From: Asterias rubens
Lineage: Eukaryota
DNA length: 64,000 nt
Direction of reading: 5' to 3'
Assembly (NCBI RefSeq): GCF_902459465.1
Contig: NC_047071.1
Location: 8,928,001 to 8,992,000 of the forward strand
This document shows, piece after piece, positions 1 through 12,078 of the stretch. The position numbers and the translations under genes are program-made. Numbering within the stretch: position 1 is the stretch's first letter; each line of letters opens with the position of its first letter. The notes under the pieces were generated by a model, which saw only the letters and a program-made list of their open reading frames with translations, was not told the DNA's origin and ran no database searches.

Positions 1-1199
1 TCAAACCACCATATTAATGTTGTCTTCCGAACCAAAGAAAAATATTGTCTGTACATGTACATTGATATTTTTGTTTAGTAATCAATTTGTTTACAAATAA
101 CCTTGTGAATGTTGATGATTCACTGTGTGGGTTGGTATTCAACTCAATGATTGAAATTATAAAGTTTTCAATAGACGTATCCTTCTCATTGTCATCTGTG
201 GAAAGGTATTGATTTCTGTTCAATAACTGATCCATTGAAAGTAATGTACACGTATTTGTAGTGCACTATACATCAGACACTCTCTTGGTACGGGGTCAAT
301 TTCAGAATCTGCCTAAAGCTGAACAAATTGCTTTCCAGGCACAATTTTTGAGCAAAATACCAGTCATTTTGGCAGGTAACCGTATTCTGCTGAGCACAAT
401 TTGTGCGTGCTTTACAGCTTTAGGGGATATTTTGACTGTAAAATGAACAGAGCACTTGTTTGAAACTTGTGAATACAACTTACGATGGGTGCCTTGTTGT
501 GAATATACAAGTGTAGCATGTTTTTGTACTAAATGGTACAGTGGAAATGGCCAGTTTTTAAACTGATTGAGCATTACAGATTTGTCAACAATTTTTTTAA
601 CAAACTAGATCAAGTTTTTATGGTTTATGACAAAGAACTTGGTGTATAGCAGTTTACATGTACTTGTAGGTGTTAGCCCTACTTCAACACTGGTTTAGAC
701 GGACAGACAACGTCAAATTGGGTCGTGTCTGTTTACCTTTCTGAAGATGTGTTGTCAAAATTCATTATAACTCATTTAAAGGCAATTAATTGATAATTAC
801 TCAAAAGAATTGTTAGCATAAAAACTAACTTGGTAACGAGCAATGAAGAGCTGTTCATAACTTGATATGTAGAAGAAACATAGTTTTCGAGAAAGAATTA
901 ATTTTCGAAGAATTCGATTTTGAGACCCCAAAATTAGATTGCATCGGAAAGCACACAACTTCGTGTGACAAGGTGTGTTTTCTTACATTATAATATCTCG
1001 CAACTTCAACGACCAATTGATTTCAAATTTTCACAGGTTAGTTATTTTGTGCATAAATTGAGGTACATTTGTACACCAACTGATAAATAAATGATGGCGC
1101 TGTCCAATTCAGTGACATTTTGAGACTGTTGACTTGATACCATATTGTAGGTTTTCAAACATTAATGTTTGCAAGGTGTATCTACAGTAGGTGGGGCCA

Positions 1200-1826
1200 T
1201 GTCAGTTTATCTCTGTCAGTTGGGTTACTGTAACCAAGGGGTGTGTAGTGGGTGGATGTATTTGGGGTGACCGAGGAAGCCATTTTCAATGACGGTTGCA
1301 TCATCAGATGGGGTGAGACCGCGGGGATATTTTTTCAGATCCCCTTCATAGTAATAACATGTTTTCGTGCCTCAATTTCGTGCACTCTTCAGTTGCGGGT
1401 GTGGGTGATTCAAATTGAATCTATAGGTCTCTATTCTCAAGAGAGAAAGGTTGTGAATTTGTGACAGTGAATTCCTGACCATTGGTGAGTTGTTCCTCTA
1501 GTAAGGAAACTAGGATGTCAAGCGTGTCATCGGGAATGTCAATAAATCCTGAAACATACTGAAGTATGATTGAGCTACTGGGAAGTTGAGTCGTTTGGAC
1601 TCTGGTTTAGTTTAGCTCTGATCAATTTTTCTCATATGTTTTGGTCCTTCCTGTATGCAATGAAGGGGGGATCCGGAAAGATTCCCGAGAGTGTTTCGTT
1701 GCATTGTATCATAGAACAGTGTTTTTTGATTGCTTGGTTTAGATCACCATGTTTGATGTGTGGGTTGTACTGTATGTCGTACTTAGGATTAGTGGGGTTT
1801 TGCTTTTTTGTTTATTAGGTCGTTTA
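1200..1826 (-). mobile_element. Decayed Penelope-like retroelement (PLE), C-terminal RT thumb region plus 3' flank
   Basis: Minus strand reads KTPLILSTTY/frameshift/NPHIKHGDLNQAIKKHCSMIQCNETLSGIFPDPPFIAYRKDQNI*EKLIRAKLNQSPNDSTSQ*. This matches the remembered PLE motif TTY.P...KHW..L...IF...P..AYRR..NLRD.LVRAKL. It has one frameshift and one internal stop. Boundaries are approximate. Confidence 0.7.
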
Positions 1827-1948
1827 TGAATCAGGTTTGACCATTCATTGTGTGATACTTTCCCATTGTGTGATTGTGGCGATTTCCACGGCTTTGTAAC
1901 CTCTTGTGGTTAATTTTTCGGAAAAACTGTTGACTTTTAGTAAGAAGT

Positions 1949-2278
1949 CGTCGTGTGCCCGGCAAAAGGGCGTAAGGCCTTACGCCCTTTTGCCGGGAAC
2001 ATAAAGTAGTTCGTCCCAGTAACAAAAGGACGTAAGCAACAAAATGGCTCCTGACATGAAAAATATGTCATTTTTGTTTGTTCTTTTGCTAGAATTACCC
2101 TGAAGACATGTTTCCCCATTCCCCATGCAGAATTTAACCTTTCTAGAATGACTTTTGCATGGCAACAAATTTACCAAACTTTCCCGCTCATAATTCTTGA
2201 AACACAAATTTTAACATAAATTGCTTACGTCCTTCTGCCGGGAACTTTCCCTTACGTCCTTTTGCCGGGCACACGACG
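1949..2278. mobile_element. MITE with terminal inverted repeats and 4-bp TSD (Sola-like?)
   Basis: TIRs CGTCGTGTGCCCGGCAAAAGG...CCTTTTGCCGGGCACACGACG. AAGT is duplicated at 1945-1948 and 2279-2282. Internal copies of the TIR motif form a hairpin at about 1954-2005. Confidence 0.75.
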
Positions 2279-3178
2279 AAGTCTTCTTTGTTGCTTGTGT
2301 TTCGAGCATAATGAAGTGTTTCTCCGTATACATATGAATGCTTTGAACACATGTTCTTTGACAAAATTACCAATAGTGTCATGGGTGGGGGGGTTAAACC
2401 TTTGATAATGACCAGTGTTTATAACCGGTTGTGAGCGGATACCCCGCGCTAGTCTTCGTGCAAGACGTTTCTTGTTACGGTGATGCGGACGCTGTCAGTG
2501 AGTTGGCCGCGCTGTGTGTGAAAGAAAAACCAGAACGTGTTGCACCAAGACTATGAAGCGCATGAGCACGAAAGAATCAAGAAACTGTCGGAAATAGGCA
2601 TCTCAGTCATAACAATGCAACACACGGACGTCGTACATACAGAGCTCAAACGGATTTAGTTTTACAGAGTTTCTTACTTTATTACGCCTTTTAACCACAG
2701 GCATTTATGAATGGGAATAAAATAGTAGTGATAAAGGCCCTCGCCTTCGGCTCGGAGCTTTATCACACGGCAAAAACAATGGCCCTGCCGGTTTTAAACG
2801 GTCGTGAAAGAACTCATGGACACCCCTTTATTCCCTTATTATAACAATTTTACCGTGGACGAGATGACAGACTTTTTGTAAACAAAATTGTAATAAAAAA
2901 TATAAAAACCCAGCCAGAAGACAATTTGACCAATTCTCCAGGATTTTAGATTCATGGTTTTACTTTTGCTTTTAGTTACGATAACGTTACCCTCCTCCCT
3001 AGGGCCTAGTTGAGATAACACAATCTGACGGCGGAGCCGCAGGCGCCGTCGGCAGGAGGGTTACAATACATTATCGCAACTACATGTACCTCCTCTCGAC
3101 CTCCGGCTCCACCATCTGGAGGAGTGTTATGTTATCGCAACTATTTTGCTTTTATTGGAACATTATGTCTTTTAAATT

Positions 3179-3310
3179 GGATAACTTTCCGTATGGCGCC
3201 ACCACTTTTTCACTCATTTTTACAAAAAGGGATATCTCATTGAGGTAAATAAGTTACTATATTATTTCATATCGAATGAAAAAGTGGTGGCGCCATACGG
3301 AAAGTTATCC
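3179..3310. mobile_element. 132-bp MITE, family GGATAACTTTCCGTATGGCGCCACC (copy 1)
   Basis: About 35-bp TIRs; near-identical copies at 16183-16314 and 16863-16994. Confidence 0.85.
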
Positions 3311-3906
3311 ATGCTGGAATAGTGTTGTTTACGTATCACGAGAGTTTCATTGTGTTGTCAATCCTCAAGTCAACACACTGTGACTCTCTGTGTATTTTTT
3401 GGCCGCCGTACATGCACACGTTGTAATAATAGGCACAACGTATTGGTTGTATGCTGCAGCTGCACCAAACGAGCACACAGCGGCAAATTTTAATGAACAC
3501 ATTTTGATGAATTATGTGCTTGGGAAACCAATGAAGAATTCGTGTCTGAAATGGAACTTACCCAGACTCTAAGAATACACTGAAGTGGAAATTCACAGGC
3601 ATCTAAAATTCGGGTTTAGTTTGTTTCGAATAGTCCCGCCAGACAGCTAACCGTACACACATTGCCGAAAAGCAATACACAACAAACAACTAGCTCGCGC
3701 GCCGACGTTTGTTGATGACATGCAGCAGGCGGCCGGCCCGGCGCCCCCCGCGACTCCGTGCTCGCCGTGTGTACGTTCAAGCTGGGCTGGCCATTCGTAA
3801 ATGGAAAAAAAAGTCACAAGCCGGTCAACTTGAGGCCGCGCCGGTCAACTTGAGGCCGCATCGGTCAAACGGCATTAAATGGTGCCTGGGGAATAGAAGG
3901 ACCCTG

Positions 3907-4055
3907 GGGTGGATTTCACAAAGAGTTAGGACTAGTCTTATCTCGAGTTAGGACCAGTTGCTCGTCCTAACTTAGGACTATCCATGCAATTTGTATATCT
4001 CCTATAGGACCAGTCCTAAGTTAGGTCTAGTCCTAACTCTTTGTGAAATCGACCA
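3907..4055. mobile_element. Harbinger-like MITE with CTG TSD
   Basis: TIR GATTTCACAAAGAGTTAGGACTAG/CTAGTCCTAACTCTTTGTGAAATC, with CTG on both flanks. Related copies at about 25055-25215 and 53163-53328. Confidence 0.65.
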
Positions 4056-4151
4056 CTGGTGAAAAACAATTTAGAAACAGACTTGCTCTAGCTGGTATCT
4101 ATAGTTGTTTTACTCACTACTTTTTTGCTCTGGTGATTGAGGCTGGATTGT

Positions 4152-4440
4152 GGGGGGTCTCGTATGGCCAAGGTGAGCTGCACCGAACTTTCACAAGCTC
4201 TGTGTAATCATGGAGGTAACCCTATCTCTCTCATCGATGCAGAGTGTGGGCTCGAGTCCCACTCGAGACACTGTGTTCTTTTAAACCATTGTTTTGTCAT
4301 TCGGGTGGGACGTAGGTATTGGTCCCGTTTGTTGTTATGAAAACGGTTGTTATCGACGTGTAAACAAACCCATTTAAATCGCAAAACTTGAAGGGGCTCG
4401 CCGCCCGCTGTGCCGGGTTTCTCACTGGCAGGCAGAGCTT
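4152..4440 (+). mobile_element. Degenerate tRNA-derived SINE
   Basis: B-box-like GGGCTCGAGTCCC; body similar to the SINEs at 29635 and 40908. Confidence 0.55.
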
Positions 4441-4463
4441 CTTCCTTCCTGATCCTCCAATGC

Positions 4464-5140
4464 AAAAGGGTACACGTTTGGTAATTGACGAGCATTGGAG
4501 AGATGTTGATAGTATAAAACATTGTGAGAAACGGCTCCCTCTGATATTTGAGAAAGAGGTAATTTCTCAAAAAATAATAATAAAATACTTCTAGCCAGAA
4601 GTCTGTATTCATAGGCACACAAATTCGTCAAACAAGATGTTTTTTCTCTCATCATTTTCTCGCAACTTCGATGACCAATTATTTAGCTCAAAATTGTTAT
4701 GCTTATGCATGTTGGGATACACCAAGTGACAGACTGGTCTTTGACAACCATTGTACAGGCTTCCCTTTATAATCACAGTGAAGGCTGCACTGGCTCTAAG
4801 GAAGAAGAACGTTGTTCACCATCTTCTTTACTATAAAGTTTTGTCTTTCTCCCGAACTTTTATTTAGTATGTATTCATCTTTAAAGGGAAGTTTATTGGA
4901 AGTTACTCAAAATGAATATACCTTAAAAACTGACGTGGTATATAACGGGCATTGGAGATTGTAGCGGCTCCCTCTGAAGTAGCATTTAAATAAAAGAGGT
5001 TATTTCACTACAATAACTAGCCAGAAGTCTTTTATTCCTATCTGAGAGCACACGAATTCGTCCAACAATAAGGGTGTTTTTTGTCTCATCATTTAATTTC
5101 TCGCAACTTCAATGACCAATTTAGCTCAAATTTTCACAGG
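4464..5140. mobile_element. Two partial Kolobok-type MITEs (AGGGAAGGTACACG subfamily)
   Basis: Family-diagnostic internal motifs GAGAAACGGCTCCCTCTGA and CGCAACTTCGATGACCAAT, at about 4464-4770 and 4880-5140. Another partial copy lies at about 775-1075. Confidence 0.75.
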
Positions 5141-5485
5141 AAAAGTTTTTTGGTAAGTTCTGGCTAGTTATTTTAGTGAATAATAACCTTTTTTTCGTGG
5201 GGGGCTGGAGAGCCGCCTACGGACAGATTTCCCTGAGACACCGTCGCTTCTTTGGGGAACAAAAAGTAAAAAAACAAAAATAATAATAATAATTGTTTTG
5301 TTGTTGCTGCTGCAGCTGATGTTGTTTATGTTTTTGTTAAAGACTACGGGACCTATTCGCGAATAGGTATTAGTCTTACTTGGGCAACAACTCGAAAGCG
5401 CTCGAGCGCGCAAGCCCGCCCCCTTTTGATATCCACATAAAAACGCCATTGTCATCACACTTTTCATTCATCGTTTGTTTTCATA

Positions 5486-6694
5486 ATGCACAGGGCACGG
5501 GCTGTCGATATTGTTAAAGCTGGCGGATTACTCGTTTTCCGTCGATGTCAACAAAAAATTGAGTATCTGATGCTGAAAAAGCCTAGACATAAGTTACACT
5601 GGTCGCCACCAAAAGGTTTGTTCGTAACTATCTTATGTTTACATAGCTTGCTGCTGCGCAGGAAAGTAGCAAGTTTGTCTTGCCCATTTTCCGGACAGTT
5701 TAACAATTCACAGTGTGTGCCGAGTCCCTAGTTTTAACCCATTATATTTCGTCCCAACCAAGGCTGCTCACCCGTGACCCTGAGCTAACAAATTGTGTAC
5801 TGTTGTTTGTATTTTCAATTTCTGTTTATTTGTGTCATGTTTGTCAACAATACAAACTGTAATTTTGTAATATTAAAATTTATAAAAAGAACCAACTTAT
5901 TTTAAAAACTAAACTTAATTAACTTAGGCCTATAACTTTATGCCAATCCTGATTGATTGCTTAGATTGTCCTTCATTCATGGGCTACCTTAGTTTACTTA
6001 AAGACCCAGCTGGGGCGCTGTACTACCTTTTTTCCCCCAAAAGTTTGTCATAATCGGTCGAACTTAACTCCATTTGTTTTTTTAAAGAAAGGAGACAGTA
6101 GCACAGTACCTAACTTTGCGTTTTGAGTTTACCGCTCAGTGAGCATTTCATTTTTATTTTGGCATCAATGCAATGCAACATTTTTAATTGATTGTTCACT
6201 ATTCTCTTGTGACCCAGATGGCCGATCAACAGGAAGTCCAGACTCTGTGGCTCTTTTGTAAACTAAATGTACATCGTCTATACATGTACGTAGCAATTGG
6301 AATATCAATTAATTTCAGTTGTGAACCTTCCCTTTAACCCACAGGTCACGTAGATGCAGGGGAAACCAACTATGACGCAGCCATTAGAGAAACATTTGAG
6401 GAAGCAGCCCTCCGAGAAGAACATCTCAGCATATACAAAGATAAATGCTGGACACTCACTTACCTGACAAAGGGAAACAGAACTAAAGAGGTTGTCTATT
6501 GGCTGGCTCAGCTGAGAGACTGGAATACACCCATTAAATTGTCCAATGAGCACGATGGTTACAAGTGGGTTGTAATCTCTGACGCCCTGGAGATGTCCGA
6601 CAGGGCCAACTGGCCAGAAATGAGGAGGATGCTACTTGAAGCTGAGGAACACCTGCGATTGAACATGGCTGATGGATCTACGACCTCTACATAA
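5486..6694 (+). CDS. NUDT2: Bis(5'-nucleosyl)-tetraphosphatase (asymmetrical Ap4A hydrolase), Nudix family
   Basis: Two coding exons, 5486-5615 and 6345-6694, joined by a phase-1 GT-AG intron; 159 aa. The sequence AGGLLVFRR...HWSPPKG|HVDAGETNYDAAIRETFEEAAL (Nudix box)...VVYWLAQL...LSNEHDGYKW is collinear with remembered NUDT2. Confidence 0.9.
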
Positions 6695-7789
6695 TTATTC
6701 AATGTTATCTCCATTTAGGTTGTTTCCATTCTTAATTTGTTTGTTTTTTAGTGTGTGATTCTTAATGAAGTATTTTAACTAGGTCAGCTTTGTAAGTCAA
6801 TAATAGTACTTCCTTCTGTGTTATGATTGTGCATGGTGTTTTATTTTTTGAAATGTTGCATATGAAGTGAAACAATTTGCCAGTTTTTTTAAATGTAAAT
6901 TTATTGATTTTATTTAAGAACTACTTTTTAACGATGCAGTGCAATTGTAAATTTGAGTTTAACTGTAATTATTTGATACTTTGTGTTTTAACCGAACTTC
7001 ATGAATAACCAATTGATGTAACAATATATTGAAATACAAGTTTTGGAGACAAAAGGGTTTCTTAGATCGTATGCAAAAACTAATTGTAAAGCAATTTTTA
7101 TAAACCTAATTCATACTTGTCGTGTTCAACCATTTGAAACCATTCACCTTGCACACTATGTACAGGGCACACAACTACAGACTCAAATTACAGTTCACCA
7201 TGAATGAAATTATAGTTCACCATGGGTGCAATTATAGTTCACTAAATCAACCAGGGTGTACCAACATGTAACAAAGTAGCACGCAAACTCTTTGATATCA
7301 GGGTATTGTCAAGGTTGTGTGCTTAGCAGAGAATACTGCTCAGTCCTCACCACATGCACTGTATGCATTTGCTTAGCAAACATGGCAAGGAGAGTTGCCA
7401 CAAGCTTTCAAATGGGCATACATGTTTTCCCTCATGATGTACTGTATGCACATGATGTATTTAGCATTTTTGTCTTAAAATGTGGTTATAACTTCATCTT
7501 TTAGGATTTTTAGTTTATTTTTTAGTGATAATTGTAATAAACACCCTCTTAAGTAAACATGTAGGGCCTACCTAAGTAAATAAATGTGTGGTCGAAAATG
7601 GCAGGTTCATACATGTACTGTAATATAGATTTTTAATCGGAATTATCAACGTTCTGAGATTTTGTTTCGCCTGGGTGGGTTCAAAATCAAAATAGAAAAA
7701 GTAAAAAGTTTCAAACAAAATTCAAAAACACCAAATAAACAAATGAAATGGCACAAAATAGAAATCTTAAGTTCAGGTTTGCATTTTTA

Positions 7790-8095
7790 GTTCATGAGTA
7801 CAAAACAACACGAAACCTGCGATCTTCACATAAATCCCTGCCGACTCCCCCAGTTATCAAAACCAAGTCGTACGGTACCCGCTCTTTCCAATATGCATCA
7901 GTTCAGTTATGGAACAGTCTTCCAAGAGGTTGTCAAACACTTAACAGATTGAGACATCAGAACAATTCAAAATCCGGTTATAAACATATCTGTTTACTTT
8001 GTACAATAGTTGTTGATTTCCTTTTACAGCGCATCTATAGGGACCTCATGGTGATACGCGCTATATAGAATGGTTTTATTATTGTATTATTAATA
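7790..8095 (+). mobile_element. 3' end of a 5'-truncated L2/CR1-group LINE
   Basis: HEYKTTRNLRSSHK...KSYGTRSFQYASVQLWNSLP is the typical RT C-terminal motif. It is followed by GATACGCGCTATATAG and a (TAT)n-like tail. Confidence 0.8.
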
Positions 8096-9649
8096 TTAGT
8101 AGCCCCGGTATGGCATCAGTCACTGAAAAAGAGGCACACATAGAGAAGTCTATTTCTACCTCCATGGTAATAGAGTGTAACATGGACTGACCCATATATT
8201 TATAACCACTTTTGAACCCCAAACTACCCTAAATAAGTATTGATTAAATGTTAATAAAATTGAGCTCTTGCCTAAGTGTTTTATGCAGAAATTCTCTCTC
8301 AGTGTCAGTGTTGAGGTTTATAGAGTACAACTATGTGTATACTTCAATGAATGTAGCCAATCAATTATTATGCAAAATAACTACTTGTCTTGAAGATATC
8401 TATGTATTTTAAATAGCAAGTATAATGTTTGTCAGTGAATTTTTAGAGCTGCTACATGTTACTAAACTCATGACAAAACATCTTTTAGACTTTGAATATA
8501 GCGTACATAAACATGTATTGTCCAACTTCTTGTTTAATACGGCAAGTCCTTTTTCATTGTTATGTTGTACAATAACAGGAAAACAAGGAAAAGGGGGAAA
8601 CAAGAACTTAAAAGAACCTCCTTTTCTTGTGAGGATATGCAGGCCTGGAATTTCATCTTTGAGAGGGCAAGGGCATTTTCATTTTGCATTTCTTATTATG
8701 GTCTACATGTACATGTATTGTAGGGGGGGGGGGGGAGTGTCCTAAACTTTTGAAGGGCCACCAAGGTCAAGACCAAGGCAACAGAGGTCATATGTAGCTT
8801 TCATGTAACTCCATGTCTGGATTAAAAAAAAGTGTAAAATAATCTGCTGAAAAAGCAGCTAACCTCGTGAATTCAGGACTTTTGGCCACTTTGGGAGAAT
8901 GACTAGTACAACATGTACAATGCACATGTACATTGTATGTTAAAGCAATCGCACACCATCGGGAAACAGTATTGTCCAACATGTCCAAAGGCCCACACTT
9001 CGTGTATCAAAACTTATATATTTCGCTGTGTCATGACATTGTTTAAAATAAATCCGTTATTCTCCATATCTAGAATTGATAACTGTTTTAATGTTTTCTC
9101 AAAAAGTTATGCATTTAATGGAATAATATTTCAAGGGAGGTCTTTCACCATTACCTTCTGTAAACCCTGTAAGTTATTTGTAAATCTGTGAACTTTTAAC
9201 TTTTGTTCTGTTCAGAAAGTGTCCAATGGCTTTAAATGCTGCACTTAGTTTATAACTGCTATAACATGTATAATGGCCTTTATATTGATACCCACCTTAG
9301 GCACACTGTAGTGTATATTACATTTACAGGTTGTGTTTCATTATTGTATTCTTCCAAAATAAAAATGTAGATCAAATGTAGATCATCTGATGTTAATATT
9401 TCCTCACCTTTGTACAATATTTGTTAGTAAGTTAAATAAATACTGTGTCCATGACAAAATGTAGACAATTATTAGTTGTGTCAATATTTAGGACTCTCCA
9501 AACGCTACTTCTATTTTTTATTTCATTTTAAACAAATCTCAATGTTACTTTTGGCTCATAATCTACTCATTTGTACCATCGAGGTACATGTAGGAGTAAG
9601 CATGTTAAACGGGGTTCTCTCTATGGCTGTACAGTCTGCAGTCTGTGTA

Positions 9650-9987
9650 AAACCTCACTTGGTAACCAGTAATGGGGAGAGGTTGATAGTATAAAAACAT
9701 TGTGAGAAACGGCTCCCTCTGAAGTGACATAGTTTTCGAGAAAGAAGTAGTTTTCCACGAATTTGAATTCGAGACCTCAGATTTAGAATTTGAGGTCTCG
9801 AAACCAAGCATCTGAAAACACACAATTTCGTGTGACACAGGGTTTTTCTTCTTTCATTATTATCTCGCAACTTCGACGACCAATTGATCTCAAATTTTCA
9901 CAGGTTTGTTATTTAATGTATATGTTGAGAAACACCAAGTGAGACGACTGTTCTTTGACAATTACCAATAGTGTCCAGTGTCTTGAA
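9650..9987 (+). mobile_element. Kolobok-type MITE, left end missing
   Basis: Family internal sequence and right TIR CAATTACCAATAGTGTCCAGTGTCT. Confidence 0.85.
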
Positions 9988-11071
9988 GCAGAAAATACTG
10001 CAAATGAGTAGGATTTATTTTGGCAAGCAAAATTGTGTTTGTGCTCGGCTTCTTTTTGTGCTTTGAAGAAAACATTGCACCTATATGACATTGAGGGCCC
10101 GGTAACAACATGACCAGAGGAGACAAATAAGGAATGCTTTGTCTTCTATTCAGAATTATCAACAGATTTGAACTTTAATGTGTTTCTCATCAAATTTCAT
10201 CACTAGAATATAAACAATTTGTGTTGAAATAGCTCGTCAATATTTGTACAATTGGGGTGGGTGATGGCTGAGTAAAAAAAACAATTTTGACAACAATGTT
10301 TAACTTGAAATTGTTTAATTTGTTTTTATGTAAAAGAAACCATAAAATTCTTCAGTTTGTACATGTCGTTGGAATCATAAATTTATTCACAGGAAAAATA
10401 AATATAAGGATTACCACAGATGATTCTGATGAAACATTGACAATCAAACAAAAGTTAAGTAAAAATGCCTCCATTGTTTCAACTTTCCTTTTAAATCTGT
10501 TGCTGTGAAACAGCGCAACGATAAAGGCTGGCCTGAATTTAATGGCAGTGCTCACGAACAGCGAAAACGTTAACAGATGTTATTACAAGATACTGCTGAA
10601 GGTCAAACAAAGGCTAGACCTGTGGACAAATCGTTAAAATGTCACGGTGATAGCGTTCCGACTAATTCCAAATCTCATCGCGATTCCCGCGGTATTGTTG
10701 CGAGACTGCTGGCTCCTCGAGACTACTGCTTTCACGACTACAGTTCCAATGGGGATTAGAAGTCGGCAACCAGCAGTTCGCAGGAGAGCAGTGATCTCAC
10801 CAGGCACCGCCACAACTCGACTTTCTCACCGCGGCAGACCATAAACAACTTGTCCAAAAGTCTAAATGAAGACCTACATGTATTATTGGCTGATAGGTAC
10901 ATAGATGTGAAGACGTAGATCATTGGCTCTATGGTACATTCTTTTAATTTTGTTTACAATTTTTACAAAGTTTTTGCATCTGCATTCTTGTATAACAAAA
11001 AGGTTTCTTAACAAAATACAGTGCAGATGCTAAGCACTTATTCTGCAAGGATAAACAGTGGTTGCAACCCA

Positions 11072-11217
11072 GGCCCAAATCGTAAAGCATGTCAGCATCA
11101 ACTTGCTAAGCACATTGCTTAGCAGAAATTAGTCACCAGCCAAAATATCATACAGTTTACATGCTGTGACTGGTACCCCACACGATTATCTGCTTAACAG
11201 CTTTACAAAATTGGGCC
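11072..11217. mobile_element. Harbinger-like MITE (GGCCCAA family, short variant)
   Basis: GGCCCAAAT...AATTGGGCC termini with CAG/CTG flanks. Confidence 0.6.
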
Positions 11218-11329
11218 CTGGTGTGGCAGGACTATCATAGAGGTCCTTTCTCTATGGTATTTTGTAGCACCAAATTACCATTCACAATAAAGATACTGTG
11301 TTAAATCAGTCAATAGCCACACAGGTCTG

Positions 11330-11566
11330 GGCCCAATTTCATAGAGCTGCTAAGCACACAAATTTGCTTAGCATGAAATTTCTTCCCTGATAAAAACAGG
11401 ATTACCAACCAAATTTACATTTGCTGCATATTGCTTGTTACTTGTATTCAGCTGTTGTTTGCTTATCCTTAAAATCCGAGGAATTGGTTGGTAATCCTGT
11501 TTTTATCAAGGAAGAAATTTCATGCTAAGCAAAATGTTGTGCTTAGCAGCTCTATGAAATTGGGCC
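11330..11566. mobile_element. Harbinger-like MITE (GGCCCAATTTCATAGAGCTGCTAAGCAC family)
   Basis: About 28-bp TIRs; CTG duplicated at 11327-11329 and 11567-11569. Other copies at 50599-50837, 60165-60405 and about 48957-49222. Confidence 0.85.
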
Positions 11567-12078
11567 CTGCTGGTAAGTGTTACTGACGATGTAAACTGAT
11601 ACCTTGACTCATTGTTTACTTCATGTTTTATCATCCAGTACTCTTGAGTCATCAACGAGTGCGGTTGCCAAATTCTAGAAGGGAAAAGAAAACAATCCAA
11701 CAAATTAATGTCTTGGATAAAGGTTATTATTGAACATTCATTGAATTGAATCCCTGCTTTTTCCAGGAATGTGAAACTTCAGACTTCAATCTAAAGTCAG
11801 GTTTGTTTGTATACTTGCCTGGTGGAACAAAATGCAATGATTTTGTTCAGCATTCACAGAACCAGAGGGGGACGAGTGACTGAGAAGTGCCCCCCCCCCC
11901 CAAAAGAAAAAAAAACAAAAAAAAAAACAGCCTGAATTATAGCCTCCATCGAGATAAATACGTCTGAATATGCCACTACCTCTCTTCAGATAGAATTAAA
12001 CCTTGATTTACATTCAGATAATGAAGAATACTCTTCATTGGACTCTACAAAGGGGGAGAGGGGGGGGGGAGTCATTAA

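Noticed and set aside
1632-1640. In-frame TGA in the Penelope-like frame read as selenocysteine
   Set aside because: It aligns with the conserved Arg of NLRD (CGA to TGA CpG decay), the same fragment has a frameshift, and no SECIS was recognised.
2429-2441. TTGTGAGCGGATA resembles the lac operator (possible vector contamination)
   Set aside because: Only 13 bp match, there is no other vector sequence, and it is embedded in an ordinary repeat-like context. Chance match.
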